Assembly (NCBI RefSeq): GCF_902713615.1 | Contig: NW_024055829.1 | Coordinates: 62,001 to 110,739, forward strand | Reading direction: 5' to 3' | Source of the DNA: Scyliorhinus canicula | Lineage: Eukaryota | DNA: 48,739 bases | In this document: in pieces, positions 47,093-48,739 of the stretch | Numbering within the stretch: the stretch's first letter is position 1 | How the letters are laid out: each line of letters starts with the position of its first letter | Made by a program: the position numbers and the translations under genes | The notes under the pieces: generated by a model | The model's input: only the letters and a program-made list of their open reading frames with translations | Databases searched by the model: none | Told to the model about the DNA's origin: nothing

Positions 47093-47397
47093 AAGACAGT
47101 AAACAAGATTGTTTTGAACATTTATCTTCAGCAGATAGAAAAATATTGAAAATGGGATAAGGGTTGTTTGGCTGACAGTCAATCACTGTCCTGTAAGGTA
47201 ATGAGTCCTTTTGCTTCCCAATTGGCCGAGGACGGCAGTGTGTCACAAGGATGGATGTGTTGACCGATTAATGGCTGGAGGATGGAGGGGAGGTCATGTG
47301 ATCAAACCTCCAGGAATACATTTAATCAAAGTTGGCGAGGAGAGAATGTTGTGAATTTCTGTCCTAAACTGACGGTGAGGTTTCTGTAAATTTACAG

Positions 47398-47590
47398 GAT
47401 ACTGGAAGAGGTTTAACAGATGGGAAACTCAAACCAAATGTCACATCGCGATCTGACAGAGTCACTCGATCAGAACCTGAATATCAGCAGCGTCTAGGTG
47501 TGGAAGATAAAAGGTTTGTCTGTTCTGTCTGTGAGGGAAGATTTCAGGTCTCAGTGTGATTGGAAAAGCCCTGAGATTCAGAAACCCCAG
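47398..47590 (+). pseudogene. 5' part of a third zinc-finger-type exon (remnant C), cut off by CR1 fragments
   Basis: Acceptor TTTACAG|GATACT at 47397; CTGAATATCAGCAG...GTTTGTCTGTTCT...CAGTGTGA.TGGAAAAGC matches the 5' exon regions of ZNF A and B. Confidence 0.6.
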
Positions 47591-47849
47591 TTAGACCAAA
47601 CCTGAGGAAGGATAGAATGGCCTCGGAGGGAGTGTAGCACAGATTTACCTGAGTGATATCTGAATACTCCGGGGTTAAATTACAAAACTAGATTACACAA
47701 AAGAGTCAGAGACACGATAACACAGAGAATGGCATTCGGCCTATTGAATCCATGCTAGCTCTCTGGAGCAATCCAGTCGGTTCCATTGTCCTGCGCTATC
47801 CCTGTATCCTCGCAGGTTTATTTCCCTCAAATGTCTATCCAATTTCCAT

Positions 47850-48080
47850 GGGCTGCATGGTGGCACAGTGGTTAGCACTGCTGCCTCACGGTGCCGAGAT
47901 CACGGGTTCGATCCTGGCTCTGGGTCACCGTCCGTGTGGAGTTTGCACATTCTCCCTGTGTTTGTGAGGGTCTCACCCCCACAACCCAAGATGTGCAGGG
48001 TAGGTGGATTGGCCACTCTAAATTGCCCGTTAATTGGGGAAAAATAAGAATTGGCTACTTTAAAGTTATTTTTTAAAAAA
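47850..48080 (+). mobile_element. SINE (subfamily of 18378-18570)
   Basis: Head GGGCTGCATGGTGGCACAGTGG; A-rich tail. Confidence 0.8.
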
Positions 48081-48739
48081 AGTCAATTTCCTTTTGAAAT
48101 CAAATCATTCATTGTGTCTATTTTCAAACTCCCTCATAGGCAGCGAGTTTCAGGTCATTGCCGCTCGCTGTGTAAAAACATACATCTCATATCTCCTGCA
48201 CCTTTTGCATACAAACTAGGAACAGGCCACTCGGCCCCTCGAGTATTGTTCCCACTGCCTTTTAAAGACACGAGTTCCAAAGTCTTACAACCCTTGAGAA
48301 TAAAAATCCTCATCTCCATCTTAAATGGGTGTCCCCTTATTTTGCAACAGTGACACCCTTGTTCCAGATTCTCCCATAAGAGGAAACAGCCTCTCCACAT
48401 CCACCCTGCCAAGACCCCTCAGGATCTTGTATTGTTCAATGCAGGTTTTACCAAAACTTTAAATCTGTGTCCCGACTGCTTGTTTGATCAGTGAATGGAA
48501 ACAGAGTTTCTTTGTCCACCTGATGGAAATCTGGCATAATCTTGTGTCCCTGAATCAAATCTCCCCCAACCTCCTTTGCTGGAACCATTCTGGTAAATCT
48601 CCTCTGCACCGTCGCCAGGAACCTTCACATCCTTCCTGAAGCGTGGTGACCAGAGCTTCATAAAGATTCATAGAATCCTTACGGCGCAGGATTATAGAAT
48701 TCACAGTGCAGAGGGGGGCTATTCGGCCCATCGGTCTGT

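Overview
Vertebrate genomic DNA from a cartilaginous fish. Shark-type IgM and SINE sequences support this; a catshark-like species is my guess only. The centrepiece is one shark-type IgM heavy-chain cluster on the + strand: leader 13485-13530, VH 13659-13981, JH 14367-14414, a 12.5 kb J-C intron, and Cmu1-Cmu4 plus secretory tail at 26936-30765. The VH has no 23-RSS of its own. It runs in frame into D-like sequence followed by a 12-RSS, so it looks germline-joined (VD or VDD) with J still unrearranged. Cmu4 carries four 1-bp indels in short homopolymers, which is either pseudogenisation or assembly error. No transmembrane exon was recognised, and a 100-N gap lies 1.8 kb downstream. Upstream (976-9296, - strand) is a decayed LTR-bounded provirus. 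It has a tRNA-Phe PBS, a foamy/spuma-like RT, an unexplained Cys-rich middle, and a class I (gamma/epsilon)-like integrase with an env-like remnant, so it appears mosaic. Downstream of the gap are two C2H2 zinc-finger genes (one intact with 11 fingers, one frameshifted) and the start of a third, with CpG-rich YY1/NRF1-type promoters. Penelope-like remnants carry minimal hammerhead ribozyme motifs, including an inverted pair. The rest is SINEs, CR1/L2/L1 fragments and tandem repeats. All alignments and translations were done by eye; family names come from recalled motifs, not database searches.
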